NCBI GenBank assembly: GCA_001793855.1
Contig: MGIR01000001.1
Span: 8,645-72,644, forward strand
Reading direction: 5' to 3'
DNA: 64,000 nucleotides
Origin: Candidatus Wolfebacteria bacterium RIFCSPLOWO2_01_FULL_45_19
GTDB lineage: Bacteria > Patescibacteriota > Minisyncoccia > UBA6257 > GWB1-45-9
Shown here: positions 9,370 through 18,982 of the stretch, piece by piece
Layout of the letters: every line of letters starts with the position of its first letter
How positions within the stretch are numbered: position 1 is the first letter of the stretch
Translations under genes and position numbers: made by a program
Notes under the pieces: generated by a model
Databases searched by the model: none
Seen by the model: the letters and a program-made list of their open reading frames with translations, nothing else
What the model was told of the DNA's origin: nothing

Positions 9370-10052
9370 AACGGGACAAGCTTGAATATTTCAAGAAATT
9401 GCTTGAAAACGGCAAACTTGGTCATACTTATCTTTTTTGGGGAGAAGCAGGCGCAGAAAAATTCGCTTTCGCGAAAAAGTTGATTTCGTTATGGGATGCA
9501 AAATTTCTCGAGACCGCGATTTTGGAAGCTGACAAAGGCGGTACGATAGGCATAGACAAAACAAGGTTCGCCAAACAATTTCTTTTCCAAAAACCTCTCT
9601 ACGCGCCGAGACGCGCGGTAATAATAAACGAAATGGAAAACCTGACGGACGAAGCCCAGAACTCTCTGCTCAAACTCGCGGAAGAGCCGCCGGGAACCTC
9701 TTTGCTTATTGGCATCGCCGTCAACCCAGAAAATTTATTTACGACTCTGTCTTCGCGTTTTTTAAAATTTTATTTCGGAAAAGTTCCGCACGCCGACGGC
9801 TATAACGATAACGCTGTCGCCTTTTTAAAAAATAAGCCGGCACGCGGCAAAATAATAGAAAAAGTGCTGGAAGACGAAAAAGAGAACGAATTTTTTGAAG
9901 GGCTTTTAATAATTTTACGGCGTGATATAATGACCAACTGGCGGCTCATCAAATTCGTAAACGAACGGATTGGGCTAATGCGGCGCTACCAAACCAATAA
10001 AAAACTCCAGCTTCAAGCCATCAAAGAGTTCGTAGACAAACATGGAAGATAA
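9366..10052 (+). CDS. holB: DNA polymerase III delta-prime-like subunit
   Basis: GHTYLFWG, IGID, AQNSLLKLAEEPP, TLSSR. Confidence 0.8.
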   Translation: MKRDKLEYFKKLLENGKLGHTYLFWGEAGAEKFAFAKKLISLWDAKFLETAILEADKGGTIGIDKTRFAKQFLFQKPLYAPRRAVIINEMENLTDEAQNSLLKLAEEPPGTSLLIGIAVNPENLFTTLSSRFLKFYFGKVPHADGYNDNAVAFLKNKPARGKIIEKVLEDEKENEFFEGLLIILRRDIMTNWRLIKFVNERIGLMRRYQTNKKLQLQAIKEFVDKHGR

Positions 10053-11082
10053 AGCGTTTTTTTTAATATTACTGGTTATCTTAGTTTCGGTGGGGATATA
10101 CGCCTACACGACTTCTAACCCCGCCCATGAAGCGTACTTCATGAGCGGGGTTGGCGCGCGCGAAACAACTGCGGCTCCTTTTATTGCAGTATCGGATGAC
10201 GGCGGAAAAACTTTTAAAACGGCCTCAACGCACGACGTCGACGACAATCGGAAGCTTCAGGTTTACGACATTAAATTTATTCCAGGAAACGAAAAACTCG
10301 TCTACGCCGGCACAAATCAAGGACTTTTAATCAGCAAAGACGACGGAATGAACTGGTATCTTTACGCCGACCTTGAAAAAAAACTGGACGAAAAAACGCA
10401 AATATACGGGATAACGCCAAACTTAGATGAACCGCGGCAAATTTTCATCTCGGCTTTTAAAAACGACGTGGGCTATTTGTACGAAACGCGGGATAATTTT
10501 TTCACGCTGGAGAATTTGATTGAATTTGAAAATTCGGCGATATATTCTTTGGATTTTAACGGAGGTCGTCTATATATGGGCCTCTCCGACGGCAGAATTA
10601 TGGAATATTATCCCCGCTCATCCACCTTCAGAGCTTTAGCCGCGCTCGGCTCGCCAATTACCGATGTACTGGCAAAAAACGGAACAGGATTAATTTACGC
10701 CGCCACAAAAAACAAGGGCGTATTCGTTAGCGCGAACGGCGGCAACAGCTTCAAGACAGTTAACGGGAGCTCCGATTACCGCCAAGAAACGACAAGAATA
10801 ACCGGCGACAATCTGATTTATGCCGCCTCTCTTCACGGTCTCGCGCGAACAAACGACGGCGGCAATAATTGGACGGCTCTCAATGCGATTGTGCCGAAAA
10901 ATACGCCGATAAACGCGATGACCGTTGACGAAAACGGCAGTATTTACGCTTCGTCCGGCTCTATGTTATATATAAGCAGAGATTACGGATTCAGCTGGCA
11001 AACTGTTCGGCCGCTCCAGAACGAACGCGAAATTTCCGTAATAAGAGCTTCAAAGAATCGGGTAATAATAGGAACGCAATAA
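10042..11082 (+). CDS. Membrane-anchored BNR/Asp-box beta-propeller protein
   Basis: N-terminal TM; repeated SxDxGxx(W/F) motifs (SDDGGKTF, SKDDGMNW, TNDGGNNW, SRDYGFSW). Confidence 0.75.
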   Translation: MEDKAFFLILLVILVSVGIYAYTTSNPAHEAYFMSGVGARETTAAPFIAVSDDGGKTFKTASTHDVDDNRKLQVYDIKFIPGNEKLVYAGTNQGLLISKDDGMNWYLYADLEKKLDEKTQIYGITPNLDEPRQIFISAFKNDVGYLYETRDNFFTLENLIEFENSAIYSLDFNGGRLYMGLSDGRIMEYYPRSSTFRALAALGSPITDVLAKNGTGLIYAATKNKGVFVSANGGNSFKTVNGSSDYRQETTRITGDNLIYAASLHGLARTNDGGNNWTALNAIVPKNTPINAMTVDENGSIYASSGSMLYISRDYGFSWQTVRPLQNEREISVIRASKNRVIIGTQ

Positions 11083-11087
11083 AACAG

Positions 11088-11618
11088 ATGGTTGATGACT
11101 TATCAAAAATTGTTGAGTCGCTAAGAAACGAATTAATAGGCACGCGCGGCAATCGCCCTTCGCCTAAAATGGTTGAAAACATACCGGTTGACGCCTACGG
11201 ACAAAAAATGACCGTAAAACAGCTCGGTTCCATAACTATTGTTCCGCCGCGGGAAATAGATATAACGGTATGGGACAAAGAAGCCGTAAATTTCGTCGCC
11301 AAAGCCGTGGAGGCGTCACCTCTCGGCGTAACGGCGAACGTTGAAGGAAATCTCATCCGTCTTAATCTTCCGACTCTGACCGAAGAAAGAAAAAAAGAAA
11401 TTATAAAAATGGTGAAATCAACCGCGGAAGAGCACAGAATAAAAATACGCGCCGCGAGAGACGAAGCAAACAAAAAAATAAAGGATGACGAACGGGATAA
11501 AAAAATAAACGAAGATGAATCGTTCAAGCTGAAAGAAAAAGTGCAAAAGAGCGTTAATGACGCCAACAAAAAAATTGAGGAAGTGGTTTTGGCAAAAATA
11601 AAAGAAATAGAAGAATGA
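11088..11618 (+). CDS. frr: Ribosome recycling factor
   Basis: RGNRPSP, LPTLTEERKKE, IRAARDEA. Confidence 0.95.
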   Translation: MVDDLSKIVESLRNELIGTRGNRPSPKMVENIPVDAYGQKMTVKQLGSITIVPPREIDITVWDKEAVNFVAKAVEASPLGVTANVEGNLIRLNLPTLTEERKKEIIKMVKSTAEEHRIKIRAARDEANKKIKDDERDKKINEDESFKLKEKVQKSVNDANKKIEEVVLAKIKEIEE

Positions 11619-12673
11619 TTGTATTTTTAGTCATAGTATTTCTGGTTTTGCTGATTATAGTGCACGAGTTGGGACATTTTTTGGCGGCTAAGCTTTTCAA
11701 AGTCAGAGTGGAAGAATTCGGCATCGGATTTCCGCCACGCCTATGGATTAAAAAGGCAGGTGAAACCGTTTACAGTTTTAATGCCTTGCCGCTCGGGGGT
11801 TTCGTAAAATTATTCGGGGAAAATATAAGCGATGACGAAAAAATATCCGAAGAGGAAAAACAAAGCAGTTTCCAGCACCAACCATCATGGAAACGCGCGG
11901 TTGTTATGTTCGCCGGCACGGGAATGAATTTCATCGCCGGTTGGCTGATTATTTCTTCTATTTTTATGCTCGGCATACCGCCGGGATTGGCAATTTCGCA
12001 AGTTGTAACCGATTCTCCCGCGGAATCAGCGGGTTTTAAAGTTAATGACTTTATTTTGGCAGTAAGCGCCAATGGCGCTTCTGTTTTAGAGCCAAAAACG
12101 CCTGATGAATTCGTAAATTTTGTAAAAGAATTTCGCGGGCAAGAATTGCTTATCGCCGTTAATCGCGCTGGGCAAACAGTGAAACTAAAAACGGTACCGC
12201 GCATAGACGCGGCCGAAAACGAAGGAGCTCTCGGAATAGCCGTGGTCCAAAAGGGCATAGAAAAACTCTATCCACCAGCCGCGATATATGAAGGACTTAA
12301 AACTGCAGCGTCAATTTCTTATTTAATAGCCGCGGCGCTTGGCCAAATGCTTGTCGGCGCGTTCAGCGGCCAGCCGGTGCTTGAAAACCTTGTGGGCCCA
12401 ATCGGCATATTCGGGATAGCAGTTAACGCCGGGCAAATCGGAATAATTTACCTTCTTCAGCTTGTGGCTTTAATTTCTTTAAATCTTATGGTTATAAATC
12501 TTATTCCTCTGGTTCCTTTTGACGGAGGCAAGCTACTATTCATAATTATTGAGAAAATAAAAGGTTCAGCGCTGTCTTTGCGAACTGAACAAACCGCCAC
12601 CGCAATAGGCATCGCGTTGATTATTCCGTTATTTATCGTGGTTATTGTCCGTGATATAATAAAATTTTTCTAA
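11615..12673 (+). CDS. rseP: Site-2 M50 zinc metalloprotease with PDZ domain
   Basis: HELGH, PLGGFV, NLIPLVPFDGG. Confidence 0.92.
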   Translation: MIVFLVIVFLVLLIIVHELGHFLAAKLFKVRVEEFGIGFPPRLWIKKAGETVYSFNALPLGGFVKLFGENISDDEKISEEEKQSSFQHQPSWKRAVVMFAGTGMNFIAGWLIISSIFMLGIPPGLAISQVVTDSPAESAGFKVNDFILAVSANGASVLEPKTPDEFVNFVKEFRGQELLIAVNRAGQTVKLKTVPRIDAAENEGALGIAVVQKGIEKLYPPAAIYEGLKTAASISYLIAAALGQMLVGAFSGQPVLENLVGPIGIFGIAVNAGQIGIIYLLQLVALISLNLMVINLIPLVPFDGGKLLFIIIEKIKGSALSLRTEQTATAIGIALIIPLFIVVIVRDIIKFF

Positions 12674-13080
12674 TAACTGCCCAGGCGAACAATCCGCCCA
12701 GCAAATCAAAAAATAAATCCTTCATCGTATCGGCAGTGCCCAGTTGTGCCACCGCCATGTAGCCTTTTGAAGAAATAAAAACATCAAAAAAGAACTCAAA
12801 AAATTCCCATAGCACGCCGATAAAAGCCGCGAAACTCAGCGCCAAAATCACGCCCAGCCATTTTGAAAGAATTTCATCCCCACGCCCTAAAACGCCCAGA
12901 TGGCATTCGGGCGACCGCCCGTGAGGGTGATTTAGCCCTATAACACTGCGCGTTCGAAAAATCCAAAATAACAGAACAACGGCCCATGCTCCGCCGACGA
13001 AGTGCATAGGAATGTCAATCCATGGATAAGCAAAATACCACAGATTCAAAATCGCGGCGACATGCGCGACGCCGATTAAT
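12642..13080 (-). CDS. Hypothetical membrane protein (ORF track start 13109 overlaps the rpsI end; exact start uncertain)
   Basis: WIDIPMHFVGG, GVLWEFFEF, DTMKDLFFDLLGG pattern; several TM segments. Confidence 0.6.
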
Positions 13081-13093
13081 AAAAGAATGGTTA

Positions 13094-13501
13094 CTACCGC
13101 TTTGCCCATTGAGGCGCCCGTCTGGCTTTTTTTAATCCGTATTTTTTTCGCTCCACCATTCTCGAATCGCGAGTCAAAAAGCCGAGTTTTCGCAAACGTT
13201 TTTTTAAAATCGGGTTCAAAACCACAAGCGCCCTCGCGAGACCGTGGCGAATTGCTTGCGATTGAGCCGTCAATCCTCCACCTTCCACTTTGGCGGTAAA
13301 ACTTACGTTATCCAGCTTTAATTCCGAAACGGGCACGACGGCGTCAGCGCGCTGGCGTTCCGTCTTGAAATAATCTTTCAACTGCTTTCCGTTCACAGAG
13401 AATTCCCCACTTTTAGCATAAATCCGGACACGCGCTATCGCGGTTTTTCTTCTGCCGACGGCTTCGTAGTATTTCTGTTTTTTATCAATTTTTTTCACCA
13501 T
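13094..13501 (-). CDS. rpsI: 30S ribosomal protein S9
   Basis: GRRKTA, ERKKYGLKKARRAPQWAKR. Confidence 0.97.
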   Translation of the reverse strand: MVKKIDKKQKYYEAVGRRKTAIARVRIYAKSGEFSVNGKQLKDYFKTERQRADAVVPVSELKLDNVSFTAKVEGGGLTAQSQAIRHGLARALVVLNPILKKRLRKLGFLTRDSRMVERKKYGLKKARRAPQWAKR

Positions 13502-13845
13502 TATTCTATAATCAATCTATTCAACCTCTTATCCTTCAACGAATTCTTTGGCAGCATTCCTCTGACGGCATGCCTCAAAACCCACCCCGGATTCCTTGAA
13601 AACGTTTCCTGATATTTTCTTTCTTTAAGATGCCCGATGTAACCAGTGTGCCGGTAGTACGTTTTTTGTTCGGCTTTTTTGCCACTGATCGTAATTTGTC
13701 CAATATTTTTAACAACAATTTTTGCCGTACCCGCATTCTTTTTTTCAAAATCCGGACTGTTTTTCTCCTGCAAAAGAATGGCTATTTCGGAAGCCAGGCG
13801 GCCCAATTTTTTATTTTTCGCGTCAATTATGTAATCCATTTGCAT
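13501..13845 (-). CDS. rplM: 50S ribosomal protein L13 (short)
   Basis: IDA...LGRLAS, YYRHTGYIG, AVRGMLPKN. Confidence 0.95.
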   Translation of the reverse strand: MQMDYIIDAKNKKLGRLASEIAILLQEKNSPDFEKKNAGTAKIVVKNIGQITISGKKAEQKTYYRHTGYIGHLKERKYQETFSRNPGWVLRHAVRGMLPKNSLKDKRLNRLIIE

Positions 13846-13896
13846 AACTTAAAAACAGTTCTTGGGTTCTTCAGTTCTTACGTTCTTTAGTTCTCT
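13846..13896. repeat. Octamer array (AAGAACnn in mRNA sense), right arm truncated
   Basis: GTTCTTGG GTTCTTCA GTTCTTAC GTTCTTTA GTTCT between rplQ and rplM. Confidence 0.8.
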
Positions 13897-14245
13897 ATAC
13901 AAACTCTATAATCGCCATCTTAGCAGAATCTCTCTTTCTTCGCTTCATTCCTTTGATAATCCTGAGATATCCCCCTTTTCTGTCGACGTAACGCGGGGCT
14001 ATTTCATAATATAACTTCTGCGCCGACTGTTTCGGAAGACGCGAAAGCAAAAGCCGAAAGCTGGCCATAGTTTGCTTTTTAGCCAACGTCAGAAGTTTTT
14101 CCATTTTCGGCCTTAGTTCTTTGGCGCGCGGCTCCGTAGTTTCAATGTTCTCACGCATTATAAGATTGTTCAAAAGCCCCTTTAAGAACGCTCGCCTTTG
14201 TCCCCTTTCTCTTCCGAATTTTCTGCCCTTTTTTCCGTGCCTCAT
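13895..14245 (-). CDS. rplQ: 50S ribosomal protein L17
   Basis: MRHGKKGRKFGR, IETTEPRAKE, GGYLRI. Confidence 0.97.
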   Translation of the reverse strand: MRHGKKGRKFGRERGQRRAFLKGLLNNLIMRENIETTEPRAKELRPKMEKLLTLAKKQTMASFRLLLSRLPKQSAQKLYYEIAPRYVDRKGGYLRIIKGMKRRKRDSAKMAIIEFV

Positions 14246-15027
14246 TATTTTTTCTTAGCGGTTTTCTTTGATTTCGCTTTTTTCTCCGGCTTGTCCGCCA
14301 TAACCTTGACGTCGGCGGACTCGGCTGCCTTCATAACCTCTACCGCGGATACTTTTTCAAAATGGTCCTTCAGAATATTGCTCGCCTTATGAAGAGCGGA
14401 AGATGGAGCGATAGTTCCGTCAGTGACTATATGGAAACGCACGCGATTGTAGTCAGTGCGATCTCCGATTCGCATATTTTCCACTTCAAAATTAACTTTA
14501 ATAACCGGCGAAAAGGCGGCGTCCAAAGCTATAGCGCCTATCGGCAGCTTTTCGCTCTTTCTCGCTTCGGACGGAACATACCCCAAGCCCTTTTCAACCG
14601 TTAATTCGGCTTCAAATTCCGCGTTTTTGGCGGTAAGCGTGGCAAGCAAAACTTCGGGCGTTACAAGTTCAATCTGCGCGTTTGTTTTTATATCGGAAGC
14701 ATAAATTTTTTTCTCTCCCTTAACTTTAACAGTCAAAGCCTGCGGTTCATCGGTGTACATTTTGAAGCGCAATTTTTTGAAATTAAGCGAAATCGTTACC
14801 GCGTCTTCGAGAACGTTTTCCATCGCGGTAAATTCATGCCCGATTCCCTTAATCTTAATCTGAGTGACCGCCGCTCCCGGCAAAGAAGAATATAAGACGC
14901 GCCGAAGAGCGTTGCCCATAGTAATGCCATAGCCACTGTAAAGGCCTTCTATTTCAAAAACGCCTTCTTTTTCGTTTTCCGAAACGGTTTTAATCGCCAC
15001 TGTTTCGCTTAAATATTGGTATTTCAT
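14245..15027 (-). CDS. rpoA: RNA polymerase alpha subunit (no alpha-CTD)
   Basis: GYGITMGNALRR, GLGYV, DAAFSPV; ends in a Lys-rich tail. Confidence 0.95.
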   Translation of the reverse strand: MKYQYLSETVAIKTVSENEKEGVFEIEGLYSGYGITMGNALRRVLYSSLPGAAVTQIKIKGIGHEFTAMENVLEDAVTISLNFKKLRFKMYTDEPQALTVKVKGEKKIYASDIKTNAQIELVTPEVLLATLTAKNAEFEAELTVEKGLGYVPSEARKSEKLPIGAIALDAAFSPVIKVNFEVENMRIGDRTDYNRVRFHIVTDGTIAPSSALHKASNILKDHFEKVSAVEVMKAAESADVKVMADKPEKKAKSKKTAKKK

Positions 15028-15029
15028 GT

Positions 15030-15650
15030 TTATTTACTATAGTAATCCACTACCAGGTTTAAATCAAAGGGCGCTTCTATATTTTTTGGCGCCGATACGA
15101 CCTTGCCGTCAAGCTTATCGTGTTCCAAAACAAGCCACGATGGCGGCTCGTATTTTTTGAGCAACTCCGGCAAATCTACGAACGGCTTTAAATTTTTGGA
15201 CTGCTCTCTGAGCGCTATGACATCTCCAATTTTAACTTTATGAGACGGCGAGGCGGTCTTGCGGCCGTTAACCGTAATATGGCCATGATTCACGAATTGA
15301 CGCGCGACAATTCGTGAAGGCGCGAAACCGAGCCGGTAAACCGCGTTATCCAGACGCTTCTCCAGCAATTCAATCATTTTCTCGCCGGTGACTTCCGGAT
15401 TACGCAAGGCATTCTTAACCAAACGAAGCGTTTGAGAATCATTTAAGCCGTATGTTAGTTTTATTTTTTGATTCTCGCGCCATTGTCTGCCGAGCTCCGA
15501 CATAATCTTTCGCTTTCTTGACTGTCCATGAGCGCCGGGACGATACGGCTTTTTTATCATGGCGCACTTTGGCGAATTGCAGCGATGAGCTTTCAAAAAA
15601 AGCTTCACGCCCAACGCACGTTCTTTTTTTTCTTTTGCTGCTATTGGCAT
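15030..15650 (-). CDS. rpsD: 30S ribosomal protein S4
   Basis: LEKRLDNAVYRLGFA, ARQFVNHGH, VVDYYSK. Confidence 0.97.
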   Translation of the reverse strand: MPIAAKEKKERALGVKLFLKAHRCNSPKCAMIKKPYRPGAHGQSRKRKIMSELGRQWRENQKIKLTYGLNDSQTLRLVKNALRNPEVTGEKMIELLEKRLDNAVYRLGFAPSRIVARQFVNHGHITVNGRKTASPSHKVKIGDVIALREQSKNLKPFVDLPELLKKYEPPSWLVLEHDKLDGKVVSAPKNIEAPFDLNLVVDYYSK

Positions 15651-16114
15651 TATATTCTGCGAGCTTTTTTCGGCCTTGGACCATTATGCGCTATCGGAGT
15701 TATATCCGCTATTGATAATATATTAAACCCCTGATTGGCAAGGGAGCGCAATGCCGCGTCTCTTCCCGAACTCGCGCCCTTCAACTTTACATGAACATTG
15801 AGCGGCCCGGATTTTCTAACTTTTTCCGTGATGGCGGCGATGATTTTTGAAGATGCGAACGGAGTCGCTTTTTTTGGTCCGGAAAAACCCAAAGCGCCGG
15901 AAGATGCCCATGCGACCACGTTGCCTTTTTCGTCTGTAACGGTAACCATCGTATTATTGTAAGACGCGCTTATATACACGCAGCCCGTTTCTATTTTTTT
16001 GGCCTGCCCGCCCGTTGGCTGGGACGCGCTCTTAACTTCGGCGGGCGTGGATGTCGCTTTTTCTTCTCTTGAAACCTCTTCGGTTATTTTTTCAGCTATT
16101 TTTTTCTTACCCAT
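15650..16114 (-). CDS. rpsK: 30S ribosomal protein S11
   Basis: ASYNNT, KKATPFA, DITPIAHNGPRP. Confidence 0.97.
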   Translation of the reverse strand: MGKKKIAEKITEEVSREEKATSTPAEVKSASQPTGGQAKKIETGCVYISASYNNTMVTVTDEKGNVVAWASSGALGFSGPKKATPFASSKIIAAITEKVRKSGPLNVHVKLKGASSGRDAALRSLANQGFNILSIADITPIAHNGPRPKKARRI

Positions 16115-16131
16115 GATATTTACACTTTACA

Positions 16132-16515
16132 TTATTTCAGGTCCACTTTTCTCTTACCGCTGCCGGCGGTCTTGCGAACATTGCCGCGAACAGTGCGCGA
16201 ATTTGTTTTTGTCCGCTGTCCTCTCACCGGAAGGCGCCGCGCATGGCGATTACCGCGATAACTTTGAATTTCTTTCAATCGCTGGATATTCTGCTTTGTA
16301 ACTTGCCGCAGTTCACCCTCAATTTTGAAATTCTTTTCAAGCGTGATCTTTATCTTATTAATCTCATCCTGCGTCAAATCTTTCGCCCTTTTATTCGGAT
16401 TAACTCCGGCGGTTTTCAAGATCACTCCGGAAGAATGCCGACCTACCCCGTAAATATAAGTCAGCGCTATCTCAACTCTTTTATTGTCCGGTATGTTTAT
16501 GCCTGTTATACGCAT
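16132..16515 (-). CDS. rpsM: 30S ribosomal protein S13
   Basis: ALTYIYGVG, LPVRGQRTKTN. Confidence 0.97.
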   Translation of the reverse strand: MRITGINIPDNKRVEIALTYIYGVGRHSSGVILKTAGVNPNKRAKDLTQDEINKIKITLEKNFKIEGELRQVTKQNIQRLKEIQSYRGNRHARRLPVRGQRTKTNSRTVRGNVRKTAGSGKRKVDLK

Positions 16516-16580
16516 TTTTGTATATTTATCCCTAAATCAAACTGCGTTTGATCGGGCGAACAATTTGCAATCAAATTGTT

Positions 16581-16697
16581 CTAGCCTTGTCTTTGTTTAT
16601 GCTTCGGTTCTTTTTTGCATACTACATAAAGCCGTCCATTTCTTCGGACGGTTTGACAATTCTTGCATCTTTTTTTAACAGAAGCCTGTACCTTCAT
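16581..16697 (-). CDS. rpmJ: 50S ribosomal protein L36
   Basis: Manual translation [38 protein letters not shown]. Confidence 0.96.
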   Translation of the reverse strand: MKVQASVKKRCKNCQTVRRNGRLYVVCKKEPKHKQRQG

Positions 16698-16698
16698 T

Positions 16699-16911
16699 TT
16701 ATCTTCTACGAACTAACCTCCCTCTTGCCTTGTCGTATGGACTCATCTCCACCAAGACCCTGTCACCGGGAACAACTCTTATATGATAAAGACGCATTTT
16801 CCCCGCGAGATACGCCAGTATTACGGAATCGTCCGAAAGGCGCACCTTGAAATTGCCTCCCGGCAAAGCTTCTTCTACCAACCCTTCCATCAACCGATTC
16901 TGATCACTCAT
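16699..16911 (-). CDS. infA: Translation initiation factor IF-1
   Basis: EALPG..F.V.L, GKMR, GDRV.VE.SPYD. Confidence 0.96.
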   Translation of the reverse strand: MSDQNRLMEGLVEEALPGGNFKVRLSDDSVILAYLAGKMRLYHIRVVPGDRVLVEMSPYDKARGRLVRRR

Positions 16912-16962
16912 ACAAATATAGAGACAATTTTACAAAACTCATAATCAATAGTCAAGTCCTCG

Positions 16963-18495
16963 TTACTGTATTATTATCCTAACCTTATCCGGGTTGTCGG
17001 GAATGGTTCCAACCCAAAACGGCCAGAAATTTATGCTCCCAGATTTAAAACCGGGCAAAGAATAAATGACCGCCTGCGCGTCGTCTTCCTTTTTCCCAAT
17101 CAAGTTGCGCATAAGCGCGTTTTCTTCAATCGGCCGCGCGAAAACACCTTTGAAATTCACGCGAAAAGAAAGAGATACTCTGTCCTCGCTCAGATTGGCG
17201 CCACTGTAACTTATTTCATATTCTCTAACCGCTATATCCGGATGCGAATCTTTTTTGGCGCGTTCGCGAAGCATCTCAACCAAATCACTCTCTTTGAATC
17301 CAAAAGCGATTCTTTCCGCTTCTCCAAAGACAGAGAATTTGCCGTCGCTGTTTGTTTCTTCGTTAATCACTTGCCTTATTACGCGCGAAGCAAAAGCGCC
17401 TTCTATAAAAACGAAACCGTCGGGAACGTTTTGCGCCAAAGTAATTTTCAACACGTCTTCAAGCGCCTGATTCACCGCTTTTTTCGCGGCGGCTATATCG
17501 CTTTCGGTAGGATATGCTTGTTCTCCTATGAATCCACCATCCATATTCCCGGAAGAAGAACCGTAGAAACCTTCAAAGCGCGGGGTGCCTCTGAATCCCG
17601 GAATTGAAAAACGGGCGACCGGCCCTACATTATATTCGGAACCAGGCTTGTCCGCGGTAACGTTCGCATTGATACTTGACGGCTCAATCTTGCCGCCAAC
17701 AATTTTGGCGCCGGGCACGGTAATGCCGCTGTCCAAACGATAAATCTTGCCGTCCGTGGTTTCAAAACGAGTTGTGGCGACAAGCGGCTGGGGACTGGAA
17801 CTGAAAGCGTTGTAAATTGTCATAACCCCTTTGGCCTTGCGCTCCACGAATCGCTTTCCCGAAGCCGAAAAAACCTGTTGGACATTTTTAGGTTCCGTGA
17901 ACAACGCTCCCGGAATCAGCGCGCCCTCCGCGTCAAAGGCCGCGAGCGATTTATCTGCCTTAACCAATCCGGCGTATTCCCATTCCGTTTTTTGAACATT
18001 TACGATCACTTCTACGCGCGGAAGAACTTTAACCGCGACAAACGCCGTTAAGCCCAAAATAGCTACTGACGCAATCACAAAAAGCGGTTTCTTTAAAAAT
18101 TTTCGAGGCGGCGAAATTTTTTCTACGTAGTCGTTTTGAACTTCCTGAGATTCTTCACGCTGTGATTCCGGCCGCGCTTGGCGCGCAACGTTTCTTCGCG
18201 CCGGAGGAATTATGTCCGAGAACGTCTTTTTTTGGTCAACTCCCCTGAAAAACGGATTGTAGCTTGCTATGCCGACGGATTCGGCAAGTGCCAGAATATG
18301 TTCGTCAACGGACTCGACTATTATTTTCTTTCCGGCGGTGTCCGCCTCACGCTTAAGCAATTCAAAATTCATCACAGATTCTCCAAGCTTGGAAAATCTG
18401 GGCACGTTTAAAACCGCCTCGACGTTTTCGGTATTTATTATTTTTTCAGCTATTGACGAAAGCTCTTCGCTTTTGCCTATAAATATCTTTGCCAT
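16963..18495 (-). CDS. Hypothetical single-pass membrane protein, extracellular part resembles baseplate-J-like domains
   Basis: Central TM; ATTRF, ADKPGSEYN, GG motifs; family assignment from recall only. Confidence 0.55.
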   Translation of the reverse strand: MAKIFIGKSEELSSIAEKIINTENVEAVLNVPRFSKLGESVMNFELLKREADTAGKKIIVESVDEHILALAESVGIASYNPFFRGVDQKKTFSDIIPPARRNVARQARPESQREESQEVQNDYVEKISPPRKFLKKPLFVIASVAILGLTAFVAVKVLPRVEVIVNVQKTEWEYAGLVKADKSLAAFDAEGALIPGALFTEPKNVQQVFSASGKRFVERKAKGVMTIYNAFSSSPQPLVATTRFETTDGKIYRLDSGITVPGAKIVGGKIEPSSINANVTADKPGSEYNVGPVARFSIPGFRGTPRFEGFYGSSSGNMDGGFIGEQAYPTESDIAAAKKAVNQALEDVLKITLAQNVPDGFVFIEGAFASRVIRQVINEETNSDGKFSVFGEAERIAFGFKESDLVEMLRERAKKDSHPDIAVREYEISYSGANLSEDRVSLSFRVNFKGVFARPIEENALMRNLIGKKEDDAQAVIYSLPGFKSGSINFWPFWVGTIPDNPDKVRIIIQ

Positions 18496-18978
18496 TTAAA
18501 GAATTCCCAACTCCCGTAAAAATGCTTTATAGTTTTCAATTGCGTGTCCGGCTTCAACCGGAGAAACTTCAAAACCCGGCGTGTGGACTATATTGTTGCG
18601 AAGACGATGCGCGCGCCAAAGCGCGTCCAAACTCCTCATTTCGTCAGTCGGTAGATTGTCCAAGCGGTCCGCCATATGTTCTCCCGGCAAGCCGATTTTC
18701 TTCAAAACGCCGTCAACGAACTTGTCTGCCTCAATAATAGCAATTTTTGCCGCTTCGGGCAAATCAACAGCCGCCCTCTTTTCAATCTCCGACCATTTTT
18801 CGGCAAACACGGCGTTTTTAGCCGTAAGAATACGTTTTTTTTTCATCTCTTGTAAAGAAAAACGCGGTCTAAAATTCAGGCTTTTCCGTAAAACATAAAT
18901 AATGCCCCCAAGCAAAGCGGCTACAAGAACGTACATAATAGTCTTGAAAATTATGAACCCGGATTGAAATATCTCCAT
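18496..18978 (-). CDS. Hypothetical protein with N-terminal TM
   Basis: Abuts neighbouring genes; AIIEADK, AHRLRNNIVH. Confidence 0.65.
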   Translation of the reverse strand: MEIFQSGFIIFKTIMYVLVAALLGGIIYVLRKSLNFRPRFSLQEMKKKRILTAKNAVFAEKWSEIEKRAAVDLPEAAKIAIIEADKFVDGVLKKIGLPGEHMADRLDNLPTDEMRSLDALWRAHRLRNNIVHTPGFEVSPVEAGHAIENYKAFLRELGIL

Positions 18979-18982
18979 CTCG

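Noticed and set aside
16963-18495. Prophage, suggested by a baseplate-J-like domain
   Set aside because: Membrane-anchored singleton in a housekeeping context with no other phage genes
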